DNA of 64,000 nt from Tubiluchus corallicola (GCA_030141605.1 JAQGDQ010000022.1:1054001-1118000), one strand, 5' to 3'. Shown: positions 51,420 to 62,621, counted from the first letter of the stretch. Numbers and translations: made by a program. The notes: generated by a model not told the origin, from the sequence alone.

Positions 51420-52231
51420 CGAACTGTGCAAATTTATGAATCATAATTTGACGTTCGAATTGAGTTCGAATAAAAAATCGCTCGAATCGAATTCAAATCT
51501 TTAGAATTTTTCTTCCAATTCTGCATTCAAACTCGAATGCTCGATGCGTATGAATGGATGTTAACAGAATTTTTTGTAAAATTTAATAGTTACATCATCA
51601 TCAATGCGTTGTAGTGTCTTTATTGCTCAGTAAAAAATCGAATCGAATTTACAACTTTCAAACTTAAATCAAACCGAATTTGGGCATCTTCGAGTCACTT
51701 ATAAAATGGGTCTCACAAAGATCATGCATATTACTTGAGTTTGTTCTGTAGTAAAAACATTAGTAACCTGGAAATCGTGGCTAAACTGATTGCATGATGT
51801 TTTGATAATAAAAAAAGTAATATGTAGTAGAGATTGAGAAGTCTCAACCAGAAAGTGAATTCGAATAGAATAGAATTTGTAATTTTCGAACTCGAGTCCC
51901 ACCGAATTTCGAGATTTTGAGTCCAAATAGAATACTAATCAAGTTTTAAAAATTTTCGAATCAATTGTTGAATCACTAATAAAAAACGTTTCATAAAGAT
52001 CATGCATATATTATTTGATTTCGTTCTGCAGGAAAAAGATTAATTTTGTTTAAAAAAATTGTACACAGAAATCGCAGCTAATTTGTGCTTACTGTATGAT
52101 GCTTCAAATATTTTAATGATAAAGAATGTTTGTAGTTAAAATGCTGAATTATGCAAATCTATAATTTTAGGTTCAAATCGAATTCGAACATTCTAGTTTG
52201 ATTAAAACTCGAACGTAAAAGTTCATCCCTG
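51420..52231. mobile_element. Cluster of degenerate copies related to the hAT-type MITE at 52246
   Basis: TCGAA-rich. The block AAGATC(A/G)TGCATAT…GTTCTG(C/T)AG occurs at about 51718, 51996 and 52383. Ends in GTTCATCCCTG, a TIR-like end; another TAGGGGTGAAC end lies at 50596. Confidence 0.6.
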
Positions 52232-52245
52232 TCATCAGCTGCAAG

Positions 52246-52585
52246 TAGGGGTGACAATTTTCTACCAGAAAGCGAATTCGAATCGAACTGGATTTGTAAC
52301 ATTCCAATTGAACCGAACTTCAGTATTTAAAATTCGAATTGAGATTTCGAATTCGAATTCACCAGTAAAAATTAGTCTTTCAAAGATCGTGCATATTACT
52401 CGATCTTGTTCTGCAGTAAAACCTCTAATAGTTTGTTTAAAATTGTGCACAGAAATCGCAGCTTAATTATGTTAATTGCATGATGTTTCAGTCATTTTAA
52501 TGATAAAGAACATATGTGATTGAAGTGTTGAATTATTCGAATCTATAGTTTTAGGTTCGACTCCAACGTTCGTTGCTGACCCCTA
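52246..52585. mobile_element. hAT-type non-autonomous DNA transposon (MITE), 340 bp
   Basis: Termini TAGGGGTGACAA…TTGCTGACCCCTA. 8-bp target-site duplication GCTGCAAG (52238-52245) / GCTGCAAT (52586-52593). Confidence 0.82.
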
Positions 52586-52706
52586 GCTGCAATTTGTAAA
52601 AATTTGTAACACTGACCGATTGATGTGTTGAGTTTACTTAACAAACTCAGATCGAATGTGAATTGAAACGCGTTTTCAGCTTCGTAGTTCATGCTGCATT
52701 CATTGA

Positions 52707-52714
52707 TCACGTGA
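52707..52714 (+). promoter_or_regulatory. CLEAR-type E-box (TCACGTGA), candidate TFEB/MITF site of the PPT1 promoter
   Basis: Palindromic TCACGTGA 47 nt upstream of the PPT1 ATG. CLEAR elements near the TSS are characteristic of lysosomal genes. Confidence 0.65.
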
Positions 52715-52760
52715 AATTTGCAGAAAGTTAGTGTTTGGTGGATTTATCTACCGAAGAAAG

Positions 52761-52866
52761 ATGATTTTGTTGCTGGGTTTATTTCTTTTCGCGTTTTCAA
52801 ACGCGGAAAATGTAATTTTTGTGCAGCAAAATGAAACTTACCCAGTTGTTATGTGGCACGGAATGG
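52761..52866 (+). CDS. PPT1: Palmitoyl-protein thioesterase 1, exon 1 (signal peptide)
   Basis: MILLLGLFLFAFSNAENVIFVQQNETYPVVMWHGM(G), with the PPT1 'PxVxWHGMGD' motif split by a phase-1 intron. Confidence 0.93.
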
Positions 52867-53719
52867 GTACGCGAACTATTTCTTAGTAATCTTTTAATTC
52901 ATAAACTTACTTCAGTTATTGTGACTGTAGACTAGTGTTTAATTTAACATCAGTTTTAAGTTTCCTTTGTTTATAGAGTATGAATCGTCAGTTATTTCTG
53001 GTTGTGTGACTCCGATAACTTTTCAGTTCATTTGCCACCCATTCCCCAACCAACGTTATATTGTTATAATTTTTCTGCAGTTGTCACAATATACTTATAT
53101 AGTTAACCTTCCAAATTAGAACTGGCAGTCAACATAGTAATTACTAACTCGAATATGGTAGGTGGAGTGCTTTCCGCTGTAGTTCCTACCATTCAGTTTA
53201 ACTTGTATTGATAATGATAAAAGTTTTTCTTGTGATCGAGATGCTAGCCAATTAGCCACACATTTATTTAACTGTTATTGAAAATACTGAAGCTTAGTTC
53301 CAAGTGTAAAAACTGCATAGTTTTAGGTTTGCCTAAACCTCAAATTATCTGTCCCCTGCCTGATGAGCCACACATCTGTGGTTGCATCTACTGTTGACAT
53401 TATAATTTTCAATGCCACTTGAAGAATGGGAATCAAACCTTCTGTGGTAACATATGTGAATGTGTTGGTAAGTGGTGGGCTGTGGAGATGAAATGAGCAG
53501 CAGTATACTATGAAATTTCATTGAGCACTGTCTATGAAAAACAGAACAGCCACAAATGTGGAACAAGGTGATGCATAGCGTATTAACATAGAGCAAATTC
53601 AACACATGGCATATGTGTGTTGTATTTCCATATCATGGGCTGCTTAGCTTTATTCTGTTTTATTAATTCACATCAGTTGGAATTTGGATAGTGTGGGTTA
53701 CTGTGCATAAAATGTAGTA

Positions 53720-54583
53720 TGGCAGGCGCCGTTTAATAGACTCACTTTGGGACGAAGTGTTTTGACCCAATTAACCGACTCAGTCAATTAGCCAAAGGTT
53801 TAGTATATTATACAAGTTATACAGGGTTTAGCCTACTATACAAGTACGAGTCATCACTCATCACTATGCATTGCAAAGGCTTTAAATGGATTTTAGAAAT
53901 GAATTAATGTCAAAAATACCCATGTGCAATTATTGAAGAATCATAATTTATATAAGGGAACTAATAAAAAAAGAAAAAAAATTGCTAAGGTCGGTTGCTT
54001 CATTTCTTCACATAGAAGTTGGTTTAAGAAATTCTCATAGTGATAAAAACATTGAAAATCTGTGCTGTATACTGCACATATTCAAGCAAAATACCTAGTC
54101 ACCTATTGCTTCAGCTGTAGTTGGTGATCACCTTGTGAAAAGCTGCAAGAGCTTCAAAAAAAAGCACTGGGCAAATGATTAAATGTTTAGCTTCCAGAAC
54201 TAATGAGGTTATAAACAACAGCAATGGATAAACGGGTGGCAGATTCAAAGCAAAGCCACTATGCCAACATATTAGCACATATGATAAACACACTGGACTT
54301 GCTTACACACGAAGCTGTACTTAACATGACTGTTTCTACATAGATTATAGTGCACAAAAGCGATGTAAAGATGACATAAAAGCAGTAAAAGCTGTTTGGG
54401 TACGCACAAGTATTTTATTTTAAGTGCGTGAAGTAAAAATATCGAGCCAGTTATGCAGAGGTATTTGGAATTAGTTACTCAGAGTTTTTTATATGCATTT
54501 GAATAGGAGCAGCCTGTTTCAGGGGTTTTTGAGTCAAGTGACTGAGTCTATTAACCGTGAGTTTAATAAACGGCACCGTACTG
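53720..54583. mobile_element. Older pogo/Tigger-like non-autonomous element in PPT1 intron 1
   Basis: TA-flanked. Both ends are homologous to the element at 59990-61103 (GGCGCC..TTAATAGACT…GAAGTGTTTTGACC; GAGTCTATTAACCGT…TACTG-TA). TIRs are diverged. Confidence 0.75.
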
Positions 54584-54707
54584 TAGTGAAAGTGCTGGTT
54601 TTAGATCTAACAGATTAGTAGGTAATATATTGTTTTGAGATTTTCATAATGTACCTGATAGCTGAAATTGTACCCTTTCAGGCATATGAGAACAAGTTGG
54701 GGATAAG

Positions 54708-55301
54708 ATGGCTCACAGAGGGGTACTTTCCATTACCAGTCCAACAACTGTCGCAGATTTGTTAAAAGTGCTACATGAAGTGCAGCCAAATCGTGTGGGC
54801 GTGAGAAATCTCTTTGGCTCTATAACACACTTTGCATTTCCAACTAACCCATTTGATGAAGTTTACCCGCGCTTGCTGGTTGGCGATAAATCGATCGCTA
54901 TGAACAAAGATCGACTGAAGTTTGAAGGTGTTACTCATGTGCTTAATACCGCTCAGGGTGGACGATTTGCGCAGGTGAATACAGGCCCCTCTTTCTACGC
55001 AAGTATTGGTGTTCAATATTACGGAATTTGTGCTGAGGATAGTTTCGAATATAAGCTGTCTACTCATTTCAGTGAGTGTGCGTTTTTCATAGACAGTGCT
55101 CTGCAGTCTGGAGGAAAAGTACTCGTGCACTGCTTTCAAGGAATAAGCCGATCGGCTACGATTGTTGTCGCATTTTTAATGATGAAAAGAGGCATGTCAG
55201 CCAAGGAGGCTTTGCGTACAGTTCGTCTGAGACGAGAAGTATATCCAAATGATGGCTTTTTGGCCCAGTTGTGTGAACTAGAATCTGTCTTAAGATCTTG
55301 A
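54708..55301 (+). CDS. Atypical dual-specificity protein phosphatase, DUSP3/13/26-like, intronless, nested in PPT1 intron 1
   Basis: 197 aa. DEVYPRLLVGD, GVTHVLN, general-acid loop AED, catalytic VHCFQGISRSAT, PNDGFLAQL. Acceptor ccctttcAG at 54681, AATAAA at 55640 and 55761. Confidence 0.95.
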   Translation: MAHRGVLSITSPTTVADLLKVLHEVQPNRVGVRNLFGSITHFAFPTNPFDEVYPRLLVGDKSIAMNKDRLKFEGVTHVLNTAQGGRFAQVNTGPSFYASIGVQYYGICAEDSFEYKLSTHFSECAFFIDSALQSGGKVLVHCFQGISRSATIVVAFLMMKRGMSAKEALRTVRLRREVYPNDGFLAQLCELESVLRS

Positions 55302-55914
55302 ACTAGAAAGAAATGCCAAAGAAATATTGAAATTTTTTATATACTTGATTCATTGTCTTCTTTATACTTATTGGACTTTGTTTTAGGGCATTTTAGAATG
55401 TCATGCAGTGTCTGTGATTAGAACTTAAATAGGCCTTGTAGTGGGCTAGTGCTGTGATTATATTGTTTTCAATTTTTAATATAAATTTATTGTTATTTTT
55501 CAGATGTTTTATAAAAAACTATTTTAAGAGATTACTTAAATACACAAGTAATATTTTGTTCAAAATGTAACATTTAGGGAAACTTGTTGTCACATTTAAG
55601 TCTTTTACTGGCTATCTATCATTCTTCAATGTTTCTTTTAATAAACTCTGATTACTTGTTGAAAAAAGGAAAAATGGAAATAAGTGTTGTGTATCACATT
55701 CTCATATGTTGGTGTTGCATTATTAAAAAAAATGCTTTTGATAAATACGTGAACAATAGCAATAAACTGGAAAAAGTTATTTATTTTTCTCTGAATTACG
55801 TACACTGGCAATCAGCAAGATGTGTCAAGGATGTATATTTTATGGATCTGATTGTCTTGATTTCTCAAAAACATGTTGAAGAAATGGTTAAAATATTTCT
55901 AATCTGGACATATT

Positions 55915-56235
55915 GATTTTTATTTTTCACTTGAATAAGTTTGGCATTAATTTTAGAAAGGTGTTTTTTGGGTGTGTGGCCTGCACTACTCCATGTAAAA
56001 TGTTGTATAAGTGTAAATTTTGACACTTGATGGCGGGGCTTACCAGATATTGAGTGGCTATGGCAGGACTGGAATTGTTGGTCTATCTCAGCTAGGTAAA
56101 GATGTGACACTGAACCAGCAGATCTGTGGGTGGCAGTATAGATGATAATGCCCAGAAGCAGTTTTTCCCAGTGGTCACTCATCCATTCACTAACCAGGTT
56201 CCTCATTGCTTAGTTTCTTTAGCCAAGTGTGCTTT
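55915..56235 (-). mobile_element. 5S rRNA-derived SINE-like element (SINE3-like)
   Basis: Minus strand GAAACTAAGCAATGAGGAACCTGGTTAGTGAATGGATGAGTGACCACTGGGAA closely follows the 5S internal control region, then a unique body and an A-rich end. Confidence 0.65.
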
Positions 56236-57348
56236 TTTGCTAACATTACTTTCATGCCATGTAGTTCGAGCACCATTCAAAAATATAATTTATTATTTCC
56301 TTAGTTTAAAATAGTCTTAGGTACATTGCTCCGTGGCTGTTCTCGTGGAAGTTTACAAATCCAACTTAATTTGGTATAGATTTGGATAAATTTGCATTAT
56401 TTTTGCACTTTAAGTGCCAATAATGTTTACTTTGCCATTATATCGATTTTGATTAAGTGTGTGATTTGTTGAAAAAATATTGCAGCTGTTGCTAAAATGT
56501 AGTCAGTGAACTGCTTTTAATTCCTATGCTAGCAAACTTGGCTTAGTTTTTGTAAAATGTTGGACATGAATTCTTAACAGCATTTTGTAATTGTCTGCAT
56601 AAAAGATGGAAAGTTTAACAAATCAAATTTTATACAATTTTAACCCTGACATTTTCAAATGGGTTTGTTGTTACTTTTTCTTCGTTGTTCTAGATACATT
56701 ACTTGGAGCCTCTTGTTTTCTTTAAACTTCCGTCAAATTTAATCAAATTGTAGTACATATTTGTTACATTCATTTTAAGTTATGGCCTGAATATACCAAA
56801 GAATTGTTGTGTTTGCCAGCAGAGTTGTTTGTTGCATTGTTTGAAAATTTATGTGAAATATACAAGCGTTTCTTTTGAATGCAGGATTGTTAATGTTTTT
56901 GGATTTACATTGTCAATCTGTTAACTGGTAGACAGACCATTTACATACACAAGACATGAGATCGTCAGCATTTGTTGTTTATTTTCCTGCCATATAGGTT
57001 GCCAAGCTAATTATGTACAAAAAGACATCATTTAGCACAAGTTTTTGGTTTTTCTAATTGCTTTTTTAATTTTTTTGCCATTGTGTTTGTATATGTGCAA
57101 GGAACCTCTAGGAGCCAGAATGTTTGCATCTGTACCTACAATAATTGCTCCACTTGTACCTGCAGCAATTACAAGCTCAGCTAAATTTTACATTTGTGAA
57201 GCCAAAACAGTGTCTTTGCTCCTTACTAAAGTAGTTCAGAGATTACAAAATGTAATAGGTATAATAGTTTTTGTTGCTCGCAGCTTCTTTGACAAATTCA
57301 TATACGAAATTATGTTTTAGGTAACTGACTTTATACGTCCTTTTTCAG

Positions 57349-57497
57349 GTGATACTTGCTGCAATCCTCTTAGTTTGGGCTCCATCCAGCGACTAATTGA
57401 GAAGCATGTCCCTGGAATTTATGTGCATTCGCTAGAGATAGGTAGCGGGTTTGTAGAAGACATGGAAAATGGCTTCTTTATGAACTCAAACGATCAG
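57349..57497 (+). CDS. PPT1: PPT1 exon 2
   Basis: 149 nt. [50 protein letters not shown]. Confidence 0.96.
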
Positions 57498-58527
57498 GTT
57501 TTAACATTTTGCTTAACTACGCATTTGCACTAAAGCATTTCATGTGTGAAGAACTGGTAATAGCCAATATCTAAATAACTTAATTATCTTGATAAAAGTC
57601 TTAGCCCAATCTTAGCATATGATTTGAAGGCTTTCCTTTACCTGATAGGCCTGTCTCATTAAGCAACAATGGTCTTGTCACTTAGGAGTTCTGAACAGTA
57701 GCTAAGAGTTAGCACTATTTTCAGTTTTAATGTATTAAGTGGTTATGTATACTGGCTTTGCACTACAGTTACTAACCTAGCCAAGTCATTTGCATATATT
57801 TATTTATTACTGGAAAACGATAACAGCTTTTGCACAAGTATACATGAAAACGCCCACAGACCAAAACAAAGCAACATTGTTTTACACCACATTTCACAAC
57901 TCCTTATACACTTATGCAATAAGCCATCAAGTTTACCTGCATCTGTGAAAGCTATGTAGGTGTCACATTTTTCCACATAACAAAGAACAGTAACTATAAA
58001 GTACTTGTTGCAAAGACAATAATTGCCCTCTTACATGTCTTTATTTAAATGTAGGTGACAAGGTAGTCTGTTTACTTTCATTTTTATATGTGTTACATTT
58101 TTCTTCAGTGTGATGAATAATAGTCTCAAATAAATTCTTTTTTAAGAGAATAATGTGACAAATTATTATGCATTATTACATCAGGCTGTTCAAATCTTTT
58201 GTTAGTCTTGTTAACAAAAATTTTGCCGACTGTGATAAGCTAAAAAAAAGATTTCAACAGCCCTGAAGTTGGTACAGAATTAGGTATTATAGTGCAAAAA
58301 CCTCTTTTGGTGTAGGATTTGCATCTTTCTATTCTACTCACTTTTCAAATACAACAAATTTTAAAATAATGTCATTAGTGAATGGTATCAATATCGCTGT
58401 AATCAACAATACTTGAGGAGTCTTGTTTAAGAGTTGTCACAACTTGCTTGTGTGTTGTATGATGTTGGTATTAACAAATCATTGAAAACAGACAAGTTGT
58501 TACTAACACTTTATGCCACTTTTGTAG

Positions 58528-58616
58528 ATAGCACTTGCCTGTAAGAAAATTGCAGCTGATCCAAAGCTAAGAGGAGGCTACCACGCAATGGGTTTCTCTC
58601 AAGGTGGACAATTCTT
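58528..58616 (+). CDS. PPT1: PPT1 exon 3 (catalytic Ser)
   Basis: 89 nt. [29 protein letters not shown](L), nucleophile motif GFSQG. Confidence 0.96.
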
Positions 58617-59989
58617 GTAAGTTATACACCATTGGGTTTTCAGTTCTTAAAAAACGATTAAGGAAGTGATTCGTATAACTAATCTGGAAAGCAGAGGAAT
58701 TTTTTGTCAGTGCTTGTTTACGAAATATTTCAAGTTTTTGCTGTAACTGAGGCCTGGCAGATGGGGTAGACTCGTTTTCCAGAAAAGTTTTTGCCAGTTT
58801 TCCCTGACACAAAAAAAAATCACAGAAAACTTTTTTGCCAGAAAAATTTATGTCACAGAAAGAAATTCCCAGAATAGCCATTTCCCAGAACCATCATTTC
58901 CCAGAAAATGAAATTCATGGAAAATGTAATGTTAGATGATGCAAAATCAAAAGTAGTTTGTTTTAATTACGTGTATTGATTAATACCAATTATGTGATAA
59001 GAAAATGTGATCAATTTGTTAAGACAAGAAAGTAGATCTGTAACATAGGAACAATCATGTTGATCTTTACATATACGCAATAGTGAGTAATCGCGCCATT
59101 GAAGTGAAGCCGTGTCGAGCTTGTTGTCTGACTGCTTAGGAATCTCACTTTGGACAGTTCCTTTCACTGTTATGCCGAATTATTTTGCTGACTTAAGGAG
59201 GATGTATATGCATCTGATTGTGACTGTGACATCTCTGCTTGTTCAATATTTCATCTCAGTGAATTATTTTTAAAATGAACTAGGATCCGGTCATGAAAGA
59301 ACCTGCAAAAAAATCTTGTAAAGGAGCTGATTCAAAATTTATTGAGCAAATTTGGACTTCATTATAAGGCTTGGTGTTTTCATTTTCTAGATTCTTTATT
59401 AAGCTTTATTTCAAATCATTTGAAAATCAGGTAAATTTGAGGTGGTTATATGGCAAATGATACAATGCAAATTGAATCTAATTTGACGTAGAGAGGGAAA
59501 GGCAAACAGAAAAAACCTGAAGGCTTTATCCTACTAAAATAGCAAATCGTGCAACTAAAAACGCAACTACGATTTTTCTGTTAAAAAAATATTTCCGGGA
59601 AGTTTTTTCTGTAAAAAAGTAAAAAAGTTTCTGGGAAACAGACCTAAACCCTGGCAGATTGGTAGCCAGGCCGATTATTTTGGCTTCAGGAATATTTTGA
59701 ACAAGACAGAATTTTGACAGTTGGCAACAACAAACTAATAATTAATTTCAATAATATAAGCATTAGGCACTTATTGTTTTTTTAAATTAGTTTTCTGCTT
59801 TGGTTTGAATTTTGAATGCACTTTAATTGTGAAAGAAAGCAAGAGTTCAAATTTCAGTAAATTGTTTTGTGGTAAGTCCTTTCTAATGTAATGGTTTTAA
59901 GAGCTAAAAAGTGAATCGGATGCTAAATATTTTACTGAATGCACGAGTAAATTAAATACAGAATTTATACAGATTTTAAAATACTTGTA

Positions 59990-61103
59990 CAGTAGGCGCC
60001 ACTTAATAGACTTGCTTTGTGACCGAAGTGTTTTGACCAAATTAACCGACTGAACCTATTAACCAATGGGTATAGTATTACTGGTATAGAAGTATGAATC
60101 ATCAGCCTAGTATACAGTGCAAAGGTTTTTAATGAATTTTAGAAACAAAGTAATGCTTAAATTCTTTTGAGCCATTAAAATTTTAAAAAAATATTTAAAA
60201 ATATTAATTTATATAAGTGATAAGCTTATCTCTTGTAACATAGTGGGAATTGAATCTCAAGTGAATCGGGTGTAACTAAAACAGTTCTGAATCATCTGTT
60301 CACTGACATTGCTCCATGACATAGAGATATGTAAATGAGCTCCAGTAAATGCAGTGTGTTGAGGAGGCTGCGGCATTGTCCAAATCCATTGCTTCTAACA
60401 CTTTCGCATAATTGACGTACTTTGGGAAATTTTCGACTGCGCTGCAGGCGCATCTCTACCCCATCTTTGAAAATTTATCGTACTGCTCTAAAATTTTCAG
60501 TTTCTCCTTAACTGTTAGATCTTTATGCTTATGCTCCATTTTTCAAACTTCTTAACTTTATGTTCTTATTTGCTGTAAAATGTTTACTTTTGTAAGTCAC
60601 GAGGAATACTGGCTGATTACTGTACCAACGTCTTTGACTGTTAACTGATTAAGAGTGAAAGCATGATTTGCTTAAAAGCTTCAAAAGGAAAACCTCTAGA
60701 CAAGTGATGAAATGTTTAGCTTCCGGAAATTCTTGGGTAATGAGGTTAATTGCAGTGGACGAGCGGGTAACAGATTCAAAGCAAAACTGCTGTGCTACCA
60801 TATTAGTATATGATAAATGTACCTGCTTATAAGCAAAACGGTACTTAACGTGATTGTTTCTACGTATATTTTGGTGCACAAAAGCCAAGTAAAGATAACA
60901 TAAAAGTAGGAAAGGCTCTTTGGGCAAATATAAATGTCTTGTTTTAATTATGTGAAAGAAAAATATTGAGTCAATTATTTAGAGTTACTTGAGTCAATTA
61001 CCGACAGTTTTTATGTACATTTGAATAGAAGTGGCCCGTACCAGGCATTTTTAAGTCATTTAAGCGATTGAGTCTATTAACCGTTTTTAAGTGGCGCCTA
61101 CTG
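59990..61103 (-). mobile_element. pogo/Tigger-family DNA transposon, internally deleted, with a transposase N-terminal remnant
   Basis: Perfect 17-bp TIR CAGTAGGCGCCACTTAA / TTAAGTGGCGCCTACTG and TA target duplication. Minus strand from 60539: MEHKHKDLTVKEKLKILEQYDKFSKMG*R…KISQST, a broken CENP-B/psq-type HTH. Confidence 0.9.
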
Positions 61104-61226
61104 TATTTTAAAATACGAGGCACGGTTTTATCCGTAATAGAATTGTTCTGTACTTTTTAAACTTTAAGCATCTAAATTGGTTTTGTAGAAAATTTATTGC
61201 TACTGCAAAATTTTATTTTTAATCAG

Positions 61227-61297
61227 GAGAGCTGTTGCACAAAAATGTCCAATTCCACCAATGATAAACCTGATTTCATTTGGAGGACAACATCAAG
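61227..61297 (+). CDS. PPT1: PPT1 exon 4
   Basis: 71 nt. [23 protein letters not shown](G). Confidence 0.96.
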
Positions 61298-62209
61298 GTA
61301 TAGTGTCGCTGATAACAGCCATTTTCAATTACAGACCTGTTACACATTTTAGTATGATTTTAGCAAGTTTTATCAACATTTTGCAACAAAGGTTCGGTTA
61401 GGTTCTCCCTGCTAAATTGGATGGAAAGAGGAAATGATTCGATTTCAGGCTGAGCCAAAATCTTATGGTGAAGAAACCAGGAATTCAGTGTTGTACAGTT
61501 TCATCAGAAAATTATTAGAATGAAACTTGCCAGAATTCCATTCCATAGTCCTTCATGCTGGTTGTCATGATGGAATCGTTGTTGAGCTGACAAATGGCTA
61601 AATCGCTTGCCCACCAGTCTACTGAACTGACGAACCATTCAATACCGGTATCTTTTAGCTGGTATACTTTGCAAGGATGAATGCCACCACAATAGACAGG
61701 AATGAAAAATAAATGACATTTTGGCCGCATTGCAATATGTAATAATGAATTTTTGGCATATGCTTTCAGTGATTGAAGCGTAAATTTATGTCAAATTGAA
61801 GTTATGGCTTATATGAATGAAAACTTAATCAATAGCACAGTCATCACATTGAATAAACTTTTTTCGGCACGGATGATTCTTTTTCCTTCATATTTTAGCT
61901 ATATAACGTTGCCCTGACAGTATTGATATAAGCAGTAGTCAAGATGTTTTTGTTTTGAATTGAATGACAGTGGTGAAATGATAAACTTGGAGGTGTCTTT
62001 TGTCTTTAAGGGTAGTATTTGTTAAGTAATGATGCATGTTGAGCTTTTTTAAATTGCAGTTCAGTAGGAACATTTTATTCTGAAGGAACTACACTTACAG
62101 TCTGTGTGTCAGTATGTGATGCTGTTACAAATATCAACTGCTTTCATCACTGTGTGCCATCCCTAGGCATGTCTAATAGTAAGAATTGTTATGTATTTCG
62201 CATTTTCAG

Positions 62210-62297
62210 GTGTGTATGGCTTCCCACGTTGCCCTGGTGACAACTCAACACTCTGCGATATTGTTAGGAAGCTCCTGAACTTGGGAGCATATACTAG
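62210..62297 (+). CDS. PPT1: PPT1 exon 5
   Basis: 88 nt. [29 protein letters not shown](S). Confidence 0.95.
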
Positions 62298-62621
62298 GTG
62301 ATCATTCACCTGCTTAAGCCATCTATAGTACCTGATATTTTAACTGTGTCTTTTTCAGTGTGCTCAGCAACATGGCTGAGTTGTTCCTAGTTAGTTTCTG
62401 AATGGGCTAGAGAAGTTTTACGTCAATGTGAACTTATTTTGCCAAGAACTTCAAATTAAATGCTTGTCCTGGAAATCTGGAGCACAAGGAAATTGTTTGC
62501 TAACTTATCCAGTATTCCAAACTCTGACAAGTTGTACATGTCGAGTATGATTTAGTATTTAGTATTTACTCTAGTCTCTAATGTGAGCAAACTAACAGTT
62601 CAGAATGTTGGGACTGAATTA

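Noticed and set aside
54771-55139. Antisense ORFs overlapping the DUSP, GPCR and Gly/Tyr-rich genes
   Set aside because: Shadow ORFs from codon bias in the real genes; no independent features.
55302-55650. SECIS element that would recode the UGA at 54687 as selenocysteine
   Set aside because: GTGAT…AAA…TGAT occurs near 55414-55459, but helix II does not pair and the GA quartet is misplaced. SECISearch would settle it.
58105-58270. C/D box snoRNA candidate in PPT1 intron 2 (GTGATGA…CTGA)
   Set aside because: Too long, no proper terminal stem and no recognisable guide sequence.
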